Source of the DNA: Lama glama
Taxonomy: Eukaryota
Direction: 5' to 3'
Length of the DNA stretch: 64,000 nucleotides
Assembly (NCBI GenBank): GCA_028534125.1
Contig: CM052817.1
Span: forward strand, 102,426,001 to 102,490,000
The position numbers and the translations under genes were made by a program. The notes below the pieces were generated by a model. The model was given only the letters and a program-made list of their open reading frames with translations, made no database searches and was not told the origin of the DNA. The first letter of the stretch is position 1. Each line of letters starts with the position of its first letter. Positions 40,018-52,004 of the stretch are shown here, piece by piece.

Positions 40018-42885
40018 AGAACAGGTAATAAGATGTTTAAATTACACTTTAAAAGAAGATCAAGATACTTTTCAAACAAATGACAATAAAATTAGCCAAG
40101 CTTGGATCTGCGTATCAGAGAGAACTGTGAAGAAAAAATGAACAAAAAAGAAAGATGAAATAATAACAAAAGATGAAACATTTTAGAAACAACTAACATA
40201 TTGAGTATAAATTTTGGGGAATTTGAATAAAATTGGCTGTGTTTCATTTAAAAAAAGAGATAATCTAAAAGTGAATATATTATTAAACAAATCACAGTTT
40301 ATCAAGTTTTTCAAGTATATGCTTTACAGAATAAAAGAGCGTCTTTATCAAATGCCTATGAGATATATCTATCAGTCTTCTTATCTGTGTCATACGTTAA
40401 ATCTCTGTTGTTTATAATTTTGTGTTCGAAAAAATCACCTAATTCTCTACCTTCCATTGACCACATTATTAATGCCGGTATTCAATCCACCAAATCGGTG
40501 TTTACTTATAATGTGTATTGTTTACATTCTGTTACCTCGGATTCAATTTTGCAGTTGTACTGTGAACATTCTATAAAACATCTGCCCTAATACTACAGAG
40601 CTCTCAGTTCAGAATGAGGAATAAAATAGGAGGGAAGTCTTTCTGGATAACTTCTTAGTGAAACATGTTTGTCTTTATTTCAGTGAGTGTTGTTTTGGAG
40701 GATTTGAAGACCAGAGAGCAAGAGAAAAAATTTAGTATCTCAATGTTTAAGAAAATAGTTCATATATGGCTTAATCTTAAAGCGAAAGAGGATTTATATT
40801 CTATAGATTAAAGAGAACCATCCTTTGAGGTAAAGAAAGTTTTTATCTTATTATCATGGCCCAGAACCAGCTGACACCGGATACTGTGGAGCTGGGTTCA
40901 AATACACCGGGGTCATCCTAGGAAGGAACTATAGTCAGTAACCTTAGCTCAGTCCAGTGTATTGCTTAGGCTTAAATTTTACAAATTATTTTGAAACCTT
41001 GCTATATTTATGTCTTCTTACATACAATTGACAACTGATGGGGGCTATGAATTTTTAATAAATGTGTTGTTAAAATATCTGTTTATTGGGAGTATCTCTT
41101 GGGTTCTTACATATGTGCATGTGGTAGGGGGAGGGTGGGCGGTGGGTGGTTGACCATTAGGACAGCACCCTCAAGCTCAGCTGGCTGCGGTACCTTCCGG
41201 CAATGACCTGAGGACTGGCAGAATTGTAAGGAAGAACGAGATTCAGTGGTTCTCAAGATGTGAGGCCCCCCTGCCTCAGAATCCGCAGGGGTGCTTGTTA
41301 GAATAAAGATCCTGGCTCCACCCCAGACCCACTGGCTTGGAAGCTCTCAAGATGGGGCTCAGGAACCCGCTTTGTACAGAGCTCTTAAAGTGATTCTGAG
41401 GCATCTAATATAGGAAAAATCTTCTCAGTAGAATTTGCCTGAAGTGAAATTTTAAAAATGGAATGTTCTTTATGCTCCTCCACATTTCTTTCATCATCAA
41501 TATCTCAAATTGAAATATGTAAGAAATCACAGAAATAATTTTATTTAGTCTGCACCTTAAATGGCTAGAACTATATAAATTATGCTCAGTTCAGCATCTC
41601 TGTAGTTCTGCTGTCTTTCAATCCACCTTTTGGACCACCTGAAGCTCACCAAGTCATTCTAAGCTACAGTCGTCAGATAAAGGAAAAAATTGTGAAGTTG
41701 ATAAAAACAGCTCACATCTTCAGCTGTGATTCTTGTCTAAGCCAGTAACCTGCAGGTATCACTGGTGAAATTAAAATACTGTAGCCATATGGTGAATCAC
41801 TAGCAGAAAGAAGATATTATTTCAGTTCTTTTATATGTTCAATTTACTTAGATGTTTATCGGTGTATTATGCTCTGTGTGTGATTCTTACTTTCCTCTTA
41901 AAACTTGCCTTCTCTATTGTTTTCTTGCAACGAGTACATTCCTATGTAAGCATAAAGCATTTCTGCTTCAGGAACTGTCTCTCTTTTGCACACATTAACC
42001 TTTTTCGTGTGTTCTTCACCTAGCATTCATCTACCAAATAATACGTTTTACTTGAAACTGTGTCCCCTTAGTATGTGTTTTTGAAATTTCTTAATTGATA
42101 AGACAATATCAACTAAAATCTCATTTACCCGAATCATTTAAATAGAAGTCACTTTTTAAAAATGAGTGACATGAAAATTAGTAACTATAATAGAATCCGC
42201 TAAACACTTCAGTACGTTTCTGTTTGTTTTGTTCAACAGGGCAAAGTGCTTGCACAAGTGGTACTGGACTTTCAGATAAAAGATCTTCCTGATTTAAAGT
42301 GTAGGTGGATAAAAGAGCTTTGGCATTGGGAAACTTATTGTTTCTCAGTACAACTGCAAAATTGAATCCGAGGTAAAAGAATGTAGAAAACACACATTAT
42401 AAGTAAACACCAATTTAGTGGACTGAATACTGTCATTAATAACGTGGTCACTGGAAAGTAGAAGAGAACAGGTGATTTTTTTTAACACAAAATTATAAAC
42501 AACAAAGATTTAACATATGACACAAATGAGAAGATGATAGATATATCTCATAGGCATTTGATAAAGATGTTCTTTTATTCTGTAAAGCATATACTTTAAA
42601 AACTTGATAAACTGTGATTTGTTTAATAATATATTCACTTTAAGAGTTTTAAATGAAACATAGCCAATTTTATTCAAGTTATCCAAAATTTATACTCACT
42701 ATGTTAATTGTTTCTAAAATGTTTCACCTTTTATTATTTCATCTTTCTTTTTTTTTTTTTTTCATTTTTTCTTCACAGTTCTCTCTGATACTCAGACCCA
42801 AGCTTGGCAAATTTTATTGTCATTTGTTTGAAGAGTATTTTGCTCTTCTTTTAAAGTGTAATTTAAACATCTTATTACCTGTTCT
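40018..42885. repeat. Long inverted repeat: arms 40018-40562 and 42346-42885, spacer ~1.78 kb
   Basis: The arms are reverse complements along their whole length, e.g. agaacaggtaataagatgtttaaattacactttaaaagaaga vs tcttcttttaaagtgtaatttaaacatcttattacctgttct, and cctcggattcaattttgcagttgtactg vs cagtacaactgcaaaattgaatccgagg. Confidence 0.97.
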
Positions 42886-44547
42886 AAATAATCTTCATGC
42901 AAAAGTATACAAATTAAGTTCAGGTTCAAAGAAGCAGCCTATCAATTACTTATGCAATTTTTCACACATTTGTAGTATCCTCACACGGATTTTGAAAAAA
43001 TAGAAAATATTTGAATATTTTAGCCTTCTCAATAGGAAAGAGTTTGAAAGTTAATGGTACAGTGACCTAATACTTTGAACTCAAATTAAGTTCAAGGCTT
43101 GCTGTAAAACTATTTTCGCATTTTAGTCCAGGGGACTGACCACTTTAAATTTAACTATAAATATTTTCTGTTCCATAGTAAATAGTTTGGTAATAATTTT
43201 GAAGTGATTTGACATAATAAAAATGTGAGTATGGATTTTAATGAGTGATCCTATGAGCCTGATTTTCCCTAGTGTCCATCATAAATATGATTTCCTTTTC
43301 AGCACCTCACCACGCCTCTAGTTCAATCTTAGAGACTGGCATCACTAAGGAATAGCTTATTGTTACTTAACAAATGAGGAGATAAAAGATTAATAAGCTC
43401 CTTGGATCATGGATGTAAAATTTACTATACATAAATGCTCTGAATAGGAATGGAATTCCAAACTCTCTCATTTTTCATTGAGATCCGCACCATATGCAAA
43501 TAGCCTAGTGTTACGGTGTCAGTTTCTTATACACCCATAAATTTGCATGAATCTCCTGGTTGCATCAAATCTTGGGGCATCCACGCAAACTTTGCCAACG
43601 GGTTGGTTTGAGGAGTTTCCTTCTTCAGAGTTTAGAGTACAAACTAAAGTGAGTGTCTTTTTGACTTCCACTTCCAAACGTGTCCAAAGCTACTTTTCTT
43701 AACCTGCTTCCCCTTTTCCTGACTCGGAGAACAAGAGCCCTTACCCACCACCAGTTCTAACTCTCCCACCTGGAGCTTTGATCCAATGGCTCCCCACCGC
43801 CTCTGGGACTGATTTCCCCTGAGCTACGTACTTGTTCTCTCCTCTGGTTTCCCTCCCTTTCGGGGTACGAATATCCTCATGTGTTCCCCATTAAAACAAA
43901 CAAGAAGCAAGTAACAAGAAATCTTCCATTTGATCCCCTCTTTTTCCTTTTCTTTCTGCAGAACTTTTTGCAATCATCATCTCCATTTTTTGCCTAGTCC
44001 TTCCCTTTGCCTAACTCCTACTCTCTCCACCCTTTGCAGTCTGGCTCCCTGAAACTTCTGCAGCTCTAGGACTTCCTTGTTGCCTCATCCAAGAGCCCCT
44101 GAACCCTCTTGCTAGCTCATCTGCTTTTGGCACTACTGACCACACCCTCCTATGAAGACTTTCTTCAGCCTCTCAGTTTTCCTCAAGCACCTTGATGACT
44201 CCTTAGTGCCGCCTTCCCTTTATACTGAGCTCTGTCCCCACTGTCTCCTCCTCCCTTGCTGTGTGCCGCCCCTGGGCATTTTCATCTACCCCAAAAGCCT
44301 TTACTACCCACCAGACACCTGTGGCTCCCACCTCTCTTTCTCTTGGCCAGACTCTTCTCCAGAGATCTTGTTTCCCCTACTTATCTGCCTACTAAACATC
44401 CCCATTTGAAAAGCTGTAGATGCTTGAAACTCAATATATCTCAGGTTGAACCCATTCTCTTCCTCCCATAAATCTATTCCTACTCCTTCCTTTCTCATCT
44501 TACTCTCTGTCCAGTTGCGCTAGCAAGAAACTTCAGAGTCCTGGTCC

Positions 44548-45160
44548 TGACATAGGAAAATGAATGCGGGACGAGAGGACAGCCATGTCCCAAGTCACAG
44601 ATGAGTCCCTGGGATGTGCCTTGCCAAGTGTGGGTCCTTGGTTTCATGTAGGAAAGAATTCAGGAGCAAGCCACAAGTGAGTAAAGATAGATTTATTTAG
44701 AGAGATACATACTCCATGGACAGAGGTTGTCTCAGAAGGCAAGAGAAAGGCCATGAGGTGTAGGGGGTGGGTATTTAGTTTTAAAGTAAAAGTAAGTGCA
44801 CACTCCATAGACAGAGTGCGGACCATCTCACCCAGAAAGGAGAGGCCACAGGGTGTGGGGTTGTTAGTTCTTATGGGCTTGGTAACTTCATATGTTCACA
44901 AGTGGGAGGATTGATTCAACTACTTTGGGGAAGGGGGTGGGGTTCCCCGGAACTGGGCCATCACTCACCCTTTGACCTTTTATGGTCACCCTTAAAACTG
45001 CCCTGGCACCTGTGGGAGTGCCATATGGCATCCTAGTGTATTTCGGTGAGCGTATATTGAAGCTCAGCATCTACTGGGACTTGAATCTCCCACCATCTTG
45101 GTGCTGATTGCTGTGTCATTCTTTTAATGGCTGTGCCCTGTCCCCTTCCCTCCTGTCTCA
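44548..45160 (-). mobile_element. Solo LTR (family A)
   Basis: TG...CA ends (tgacatagg...cctgtctca), minus-strand AATAAA at ~44692, flanks GTCC/GTCT; similar to the copies at 22.0 and 37.2 kb. Confidence 0.88.
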
Positions 45161-45524
45161 GTCTCAGTTACTCCTCTTAGCACTCCTGCCACCACCACTG
45201 TGTCCAGGTCACCAAACCTTGTCAGTCTATCTCCAGAAGTGTCTTTTGGATTTTGTCCCTGCCCCTCCATCACCTCTGCCTTGTCCTAGCTCCCTCCCCC
45301 TGTTTCAGCCTCTTTCCTAGACTACTAAGTGGACTTCTAACTGGTCTCTGCTTCCAGTGTCTCTCCTTCCTCCCTCCAATCCAGATCTCCTTGGTCCCCT
45401 ACGTGAAGGCCTCCCCTGGCTCTCTGCTGCCTGCGGAATAACATCTGCGTGCCCGGAGCAGCGTAGGAGGCCTTCCCAGCCTGTCCCCTCAAGCCTCCCA
45501 GGTGGGGGCTCTAGCCTCTACTCT

Positions 45525-45700
45525 TATTTTTTTTCTTTTTCTTTTTTTTGATGTGGTGTATGGATCAAAGTCCATTTAAAAAAACTTGGCAGGGAAGCAA
45601 TTAGATTTAGTTATTTTTTAATGGAGGCACCAGGGATTGAACCCAGGACCCTGTGCATACTAAGCATGCACTCTACCACTGAGCTACATACACCCTCCCT
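45525..45700 (-). mobile_element. tRNA-derived SINE (Vic-1-like)
   Basis: gggattgaacccaggaccctgtgcatactaagcatgcactctaccactgagctac. Confidence 0.85.
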
Positions 45701-46279
45701 GAGCCTCTACTCTTGGAGAAGCATATGCCTTCTGTTCTGGTTGAGCTGCACTATGGCTCTTTGCCCAATATACCCAACAATTTTTAAGAATTTTGCTTTT
45801 ATTCATGTTTCCTTAGCCTTCCTGGCCTTTTGACACTAACTTACCCCTACCGTGTGTGCCTGGCAAACCCCAACTCCTCATGGTGCAGCTCAGGTGCTAC
45901 CCCATCTCTCACTTTCCCTGCCCCCGTTAGAATTAATTACTCCTTCATCAGTGTCCCGGCGCCTTGAGAGCTCCTGCTCTTTTAGCACATCACACTGAAC
46001 TGGGGCAGTTTATTTAGGTCTCCCCCCTCTCTAGCAGGTCCTGTGTTCCATTAGGGAGGGGACTGCATCTCATTTCCTGTTGTATCTCTGAACCCACACA
46101 CAACCTGAGTATTCAGTAAGTACTTATTGAGGAGGATCAGAGATTAGAATTCTCCCATCCCCATTTACAGAATTCCCTACTACCCTATGGACCTTTGCCG
46201 CCTCTTGCAAATTTACATGAGAGCAATCGATAATCAATAGATTGCTAAATGTGTTGCAGAATGAGAACTATCATGCAAC

Positions 46280-46512
46280 CACCATTTCTTGAGTTCTTAT
46301 TAGGCACTGCTCTTAAATAACATGTGCATATTTATTCTTTAATCCTTACCACAAACTTGTGAGGTCAGCATCATATTTATCACCATACTCATTTTAAAGA
46401 GGAGATAACTGAGACCAGAGGAGTTAAGTAACTTACCCAAGGTCACAGAGCTAAGTAGAAAAGCCAGGATTTGAAGCCCAGCAACTTGGCTACAGAATAG
46501 ACTTTCTTAACA
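46280..46512 (-). mobile_element. MIR SINE
   Basis: cattttaaagaggagataactgagaccagaggagttaagtaacttacccaaggtcacagagctaagt. Confidence 0.8.
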
Positions 46513-46949
46513 ACTTCCCCATCTTGCTGTGTGCTGACCCACCCCACCCCTTGGTCTTTACTTATTTGGAAGAAACAAACATACGCTTCTTCAGGAACAG
46601 GCAGATGTTGTGACTCAGTACACTTTATCTATTTGGCTATTTGGGAAGATTTTACTGGTATAAATAATTTTTGATATATACATAATTTTAAAATAGTTAA
46701 ATAAAATGTAAATTATGCTAATATTTTGTGATCATTATGACTTGCTTTACAAATCTTAATTTAGCTAGAGGGGAAATATTAAAATGCATTACTCTTGCCG
46801 TTCTCAAAGAAGTGTGGAATTTTAGAGTCAAAGAGATTTTGAAGGTCATTCAAAAAGATGACTCTTGGGTGCAGTGGCACGATGGAGCAATGCCTCTCCT
46901 GGAGCTGGGCCATCGCGTCAGCTGCCTTCGTTAAGGGCTCGCAGGACAG

Positions 46950-48060
46950 ATGGATCTCTGCATCCATAATCCACAGCATCAAGAGAGACTGCAACAGCAG
47001 GCCGTTAATACAAAAGCAGATACTTCCAAAATGGCTATTACCAAGCACCACTCAGAAGTCAATGATCCCTTCCATTCTTGTAGGGGTCTCCAGTCAGGTG
47101 TTCAATAGCTCTTAGCTCTTTTCCCAAGGCCATCAGAGCCTGGCTGATATTATGATGAGCATCTGGAATATAAACACAGCAGTCAGATCCTACAAGGGCA
47201 CACATCCCGCCCTCTGAAGCTGTCAGAATATCAAGTGCCATACGATTTTGCAAAGCTAGCTTTCGCAGCTGATACACCTCATCATTAAGAAGGCCCAGGG
47301 CATTATGGGTCTCGTTAAATGCCCTGGCCATGTGCACTGCTGAAGCACTGATCTCTGCTTCTGTCCCTATGGTGGCTGCTTGGGGGGAAGAAAGAGCTAA
47401 GGGGTGACACCACCAAGGGGTGCGCCATACTCTGTGGCATGCCTCAAATGCTCCCCACTTACTTAGGCAGGTTTGTGAAGTAGGCAGTACCCACATGGGG
47501 AGAGGATGGCCATCCCCAAGTGCCTCCGCCGGTCCAGTGGTGGGGCAGATATGGTCGGCCTTACTGCCCACAGACCCAAAGGCTCCCACAAGAGACAAGC
47601 CAGGCTAAGGTGCCACTCCTCTTTCCCCTTTTCTCCCCCTTTGCTACTCAAGTAACATTATTGCACGGGCCAGATGGGATCCATCTGACATGGTCCCGTC
47701 TTTTTGAACTCTCAACGCAAAAGGGGATGTGTGCCAGAGGCTTGACCATTTCAGCTGTCACCCAGCCGAGACTGTCCTATATGGAACATCCCATCCAGGG
47801 TGAGGGCGATTTATGCACACTCTCACCCCAGCAAGTATCCTCTTTTTGATTAAGTTCTGTTGTGGATTAGTATCATTCCACATTCTTAACGAAGTCCAAT
47901 TAACCTCAGAGGCTGCTTTAATTTTCCATGGGAGCCCATTTGAGGCACTAACAGGCAACTCAGTGCAGATCCAGCAAGCCTAATGGTTAGCAATCATCGC
48001 ACAAGTGTGTGCCCAGTCAACCAGGGTGTTAGTCCAAACAAACCTAAGGGCAAAAAGACA
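46950..48060 (-). pseudogene. Gamma-type env remnant (SU + TM)
   Basis: CWIC at 47965-47976, preceded by an in-frame stop; decayed furin site RVWR|TPWW ~47410-47433; immunosuppressive domain LQNRMALDILTASEGG; CALVGSDCC; hydrophobic anchor LVIAILEVSAFVLTACCC reached only after a frameshift. Confidence 0.9.
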
Positions 48061-48069
48061 GGCTGTTAG

Positions 48070-50880
48070 TGGTATGAGCCCTGGTAGGTCCTGTCCCTCG
48101 GGCAAGATCCATGCCAATGTTTTATCAGCTGATAACTCAGTGGCTGGGAGCAGCAGCCTTCTTGAACTGGCATACCACACTCGCTTAGCCAAGAGAGGCT
48201 TCTGCAGGTTCAATATGCAGTAACAAAGAACTCCTAATAGGCCACACAGCCAACATAAAAGTCCCTTTTAGTACAGTGGATCGATCTGCCACCCCTGGGT
48301 GTGTTACCTCTACTCTGGAAGGCCATTGTCCTATAAATCACGGGGTTACTTGTAAATCAGCTTCTAGTCTGGCCCCCCTGGTGCTATAAGGGCTACCTGA
48401 CGCATGTGGGGGGCCTGAATAGTCCAAGGCCCAATCCACGTTAGGGTCTGCCCCTTCTCCACTCTGGTTGGCGCCGGCAGCAATATACTACATTGTCGCC
48501 CAAATCCAGGTTTCAGCAAAATATCCTTCACCTGGACTTGGATCTGTGTGGGTGCAGCGGCGTGATGGAGCAGCGCCTCTGCTGGAGCCGGGCCATCGTG
48601 TCAGCTGCGTTCATTAAGGGTTTGCAGGACGTCACATAGCCCTTTGGTCCATCCCTCCACAGTTGGCATTAGCTCGCAGCCTTGTTTCAGTGGGCCATTG
48701 TACTGTTCTATAATACCTGTGGCCTTGGGTTGTAAGGGATATGAAACCTCCCCACTCAGTATTCATGTCCGTGCCCACCTTTGCACTTGGCCTCCAGTAA
48801 AATGAGTTCCCTGTTCACCTGTAATCACTAGAGGACGTCCATACACCGCACAGAGGGGTACCAGCGCTTGCAACACAGCCCTCTGCTCCGGGTGTTGAAC
48901 TGGATGGGCCGCCAACAGGCCTGCAGCAGTCTCTGCACAAGTGCCGGCATAACAGTAGCCTTCAGAGCCGGGCAGCGGGCCAGCAATGTCCACTTGCCAG
49001 TGAGTTAGGGGGATCTGCCCTGCAATACCTGGCCTGAGGGGCCCGGGGGGCCGCCTGAGTGCACCTTAGAACATACCACACATTGCTCACAGGCATTGTG
49101 CACCTCTGCCAGGCTCCCTGGCAGTCCCCAGGTGCGCACAGAGGCCCACATTGTCTTTTGCCCCACATGCAGCAGGTGTCAGTGCAGCCATTATGTCGCA
49201 TCACTTCTGGGGGCTCCATCTCCCGGGGCAGTCTCTAGCCATCGGAACTCTGCCAAGGTATCGGCCTCATCATTCCCTCGTGAGGCCAAAGTTTCAAGTC
49301 CAGTCACATGGAACACAGTCACCTGCTTTTGGTGACGTAACTCCCATAGGTCTTGCCACAAGTCTTGGCCCCACAAATGCCTATGCATGACGGACCATTT
49401 ACTCAAATGACAGGTGGAAATCCACAGGGTCAGTCCTCTGCAGACTGCCCACCTGTCAGTGCAGACAGCAATGGTCGGCGACTCATTGGCTACAGCTAAC
49501 AGTGCCGCACGTAGCTCTGCACATCGACTGCTCTGGCCAGCCCCAGTATCACACCAAGTGTTATCAGACTCAGGCTGGATGGCAACCGCCGTCCAAGTCG
49601 AGGGCTGCCCTCAACTTGAACCATCTGTATACCATGCATCTGCTGGCACAGGGGCCCTACCTTCTTGGCAGGGACTAGCTTCTGGCTCAGTCTTCAAAGG
49701 GGACTCAGTGGTGGGCGTGCTACCCACATAAGTCACCACCCCGAGCACCTCCTGGAGTTACGCATGCAAAGGGCTCATGGAAAGAACACTCTGCTGCTGT
49801 AAGTGTGCCCCCCATGTTGCCAGTGTAGGAGTTTGGGCTGCCCCACTTCGGGGCTTTGAGGTCCACTCTCTTATCCAAGCCGCTATGGGGTGGGTGGCAC
49901 AGGCATCACCAGCGTTGTGCCAGTTACACCCTCAGTAGCCAGCAAGGCCGTGTATACAGCAGCCAATTGTTTCTCCACGGGAGAGCACTGGCTCTCTGCT
50001 CCCTTCCATAGTTGGAACCAAAACCCTATGGGCTGTTGCAATGCTCTGAACATTGCCACATACCCCAGCCAAATCCCTCCGGAGCAACATGCACATCTAA
50101 TTCACAGGCTTTGTGTAAATATCCCTGGGGTAAGACTGTAAATGTCCACTGTTGTCCTTCCCAAGTGAAGGCAAATTGATCTTGACTCTCAGGGGCAATG
50201 CCAATTAAAAAGAAAGCATTTGCCAGATCAGCCACGAAATGATATGTGCCCAGCTCATGGCTTAGCCAATCCATCAATTTGGCCACCCAAGGCATTGTGG
50301 CATGCAGTGGAGGGACCACCTTGTTTAACTCCCAGTAGTCCACAGTCATTCTCCAAGTAGCTTCGGGCTCACGCACTGGCCATAGAGGAGAACTGAATGG
50401 ACTATGGGCTGGCGTAAAATACCCACCTTTTCTAATTCTGCAACAATGCCTGTAATTTCGTCATGTCCTCCCGGCAGTTTATAGTGTTTGGTGTTGGTGA
50501 CCCGCCAGGGAACGGGCAACTGTCCTGGAGGGTGTTTTGCGTGTCCCCACTCTACTGCCTTCACTGCCCGTACTTGCAGCGGAACTCACCGGCCTGCAGC
50601 CACAGGCCGTGAGCACGTCTATGCCCAGTAGATGTTCTGGTACTGGGGACACATGAACTTTGTGTTCTCTAGGGGCCAATCGCCCTTTTGCTCCAAGGAG
50701 CAATTGTATAGCTTTCACCCGGATACTCTTCCCCCCATTGCCATCTATGTAGGCCCCTGGGCCTCGTCATGTAACAGAGCGCATTCAGCCCCCGTGCCCA
50801 CCAAGGCCAATACTTGCTGCACGATGGTCGGGGACCAGTAAATAGCAAGTTGTACATGCGGCCTCTGGTCCCCGTCTGCC
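48070..50880 (-). pseudogene. ERV pro-pol remnant (protease, truncated RT, RNase H, integrase)
   Basis: DQRPHVQLAIYW...VLALVGTGAEC (protease, DTG reads GTG); RT ~50115-50400; AWYTDG ~49620-49637; integrase core ~48600-49000; C-terminal VWYASSRR...LPEGQDLP ~48080-48185. Confidence 0.88.
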
Positions 50881-50909
50881 CCCTGTAGGCAGGTTCCTCG
50901 GCCCGCATT

Positions 50910-51600
50910 CTATACAAAGGCAAACAAAGCATTTCCTCCTCCCGGGGAAGCACGTGGTCCTCAGGGTGCACTGCTCTGGTCCCCTTGGACTCCTTGGTGC
51001 TTTTCACAGCAGGGGTACGCCTTCTCATGGAAGTGGACCTCTGTTCCTCCCTCAACTCCTGCCGTAACTCCAGTAAGTGGGCATTAAGTTTCCCATCTAT
51101 CTTAGCTTAGTCTACACCAGCTCCTACAAGGTGTGCCCACATTCTGGGTACTAGTGACCTTGACGGGTTTCCCAGTCCTTTTAGCTCTCTTCCCGTTTGG
51201 TGGGTAACAGCTCGTACGCCCTTGTCCTGTCTGACGGCTTTCTACCTCGCCCAAACTTGTCATCATCGTGGTAGGGGTGATGGCAGGCTCTCCAGGACCC
51301 ATAAATCTTCCTCCAGGGCTCAGATGCGGGCTTCCAAAGCCTCCTCCCTTTCCTGTAACTCTGAACCTTTGCCATCTCTCACAGTGAGGTTTTGGTTTCA
51401 GCCTGCGGGGCTGTGAGGAGCACCCGTCGCAAAGCCCTGGCTGCCATGTGTGTACTGGGCTTCTCTAGGGACTCCCCTACCTCCTATGGGGCCCTTTCCA
51501 CCTGGGCAGGGGGACCGTCCACCTCTGGGCATCCCTTGGGTGGTGCCCAAGTAGAAAGGAGGTTCGCTACTGAGTCCCACACACTCGTCGGGGCTCACCC
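50910..51600 (-). pseudogene. ERV gag remnant (N- and C-terminal parts only)
   Basis: Fragments WAPPKGCPEVDGPPAQVERA and VKVTSTQ/MWAHLVGAGVD*AKIDGKLNAHLLELRQ resemble class III Gag. Only ~0.7 kb lies between the PBS and the protease. Confidence 0.65.
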
Positions 51601-51653
51601 CTCAAGCCCACCCACCCTGGGGGTTTAGAGGGCTGCATACCGGTCCACGGCGA

Positions 51654-51671
51654 GTCCTGCCGACTACACCA
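51654..51671 (-). promoter_or_regulatory. Primer binding site complementary to tRNA-Ser
   Basis: Minus strand TGGTGTAGTCGGCAGGAC matches 16/18 nt of the complement of the mammalian tRNA-Ser 3' end (TGGCGTAGTCGGCAGGAT). Confidence 0.9.
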
Positions 51672-51673
51672 AA

Positions 51674-52004
51674 CGCACTGCAAATGCTCAAGGCCTGGCA
51701 GGTTCACGCGGGATGCCAGCAGACTGAAGAACACTCTCGGAGCCAGGGGTATCTCTGACATGCCCTTATTGCAAAGGAGTACACAGGCTTCGGTGGTGGT
51801 GGTGGGAAGTCCCACCCGCCTTACATATCAAGGCAAACAAAGCCGGCGTCAAGCCAACTAAGATTGGCGCTCACCAGTGCACTTGATGGTGCAAGTCACG
51901 TTTATACAACGCTACGTGGGTCCTGCACACGCGGGATAGCACAGCTGGGTCACTGGGCACCGGATGTCTGACAAGGGAGCCGGAGTGACTCCATTTTCCC
52001 TACA
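51674..52004 (-). mobile_element. Putative 5' LTR of the ERV-S-like provirus (~330 bp)
   Basis: On the minus strand it begins TGTAGGGAAAATGG, contains TATAAA (~51901-51906) and an AATAAG polyA-like signal, and ends 2 nt before the PBS. There is no second LTR to confirm the edges. Confidence 0.65.

Larger units (their letters stand above)
43700..46130 (+). mobile_element. L2 remnant (interrupted by an LTR and a SINE)
   Basis: C/T-rich decayed L2 sequence ending ...attcagtaagtacttattga. Confidence 0.55.
46866..52004 (-). mobile_element. Defective class III (ERV-S / HERV-S-like) endogenous retrovirus: 5'LTR-PBS(Ser)-partial gag-pro-partial pol-env, no 3' LTR
   Basis: RT WRMTVDYWELNKVV...DLANAFF...FAFTWEGQQWTFTVLPQGYLH is ERV-L-type. 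Also present: RNase H AWYTDG, integrase WQVDIAGPLP / QGTHFTG, env CWIC, LQNRMALDIL and CX6CC, and a tRNA-Ser PBS. Multiple stops and frameshifts. Confidence 0.92.

Noticed and set aside
46820..46865. TSD pairing the left end of the ERV with the flank of the L1 5' end at 53509
   Set aside because: Only loose AT-rich similarity; no exact direct repeat and no poly(A) tail.
47059..47598. 179-aa env ORF as a captured syncytin-like gene
   Set aside because: No ATG or signal peptide; SU has a stop and frameshifts; the furin site has decayed (RVWR); a frameshift precedes the membrane anchor.
48290..48540. Degenerate dUTPase-like segment between the integrase core and its C-terminal domain
   Set aside because: The position fits class III ERVs, but I cannot see the conserved dUTPase motifs; needs an HMM search.
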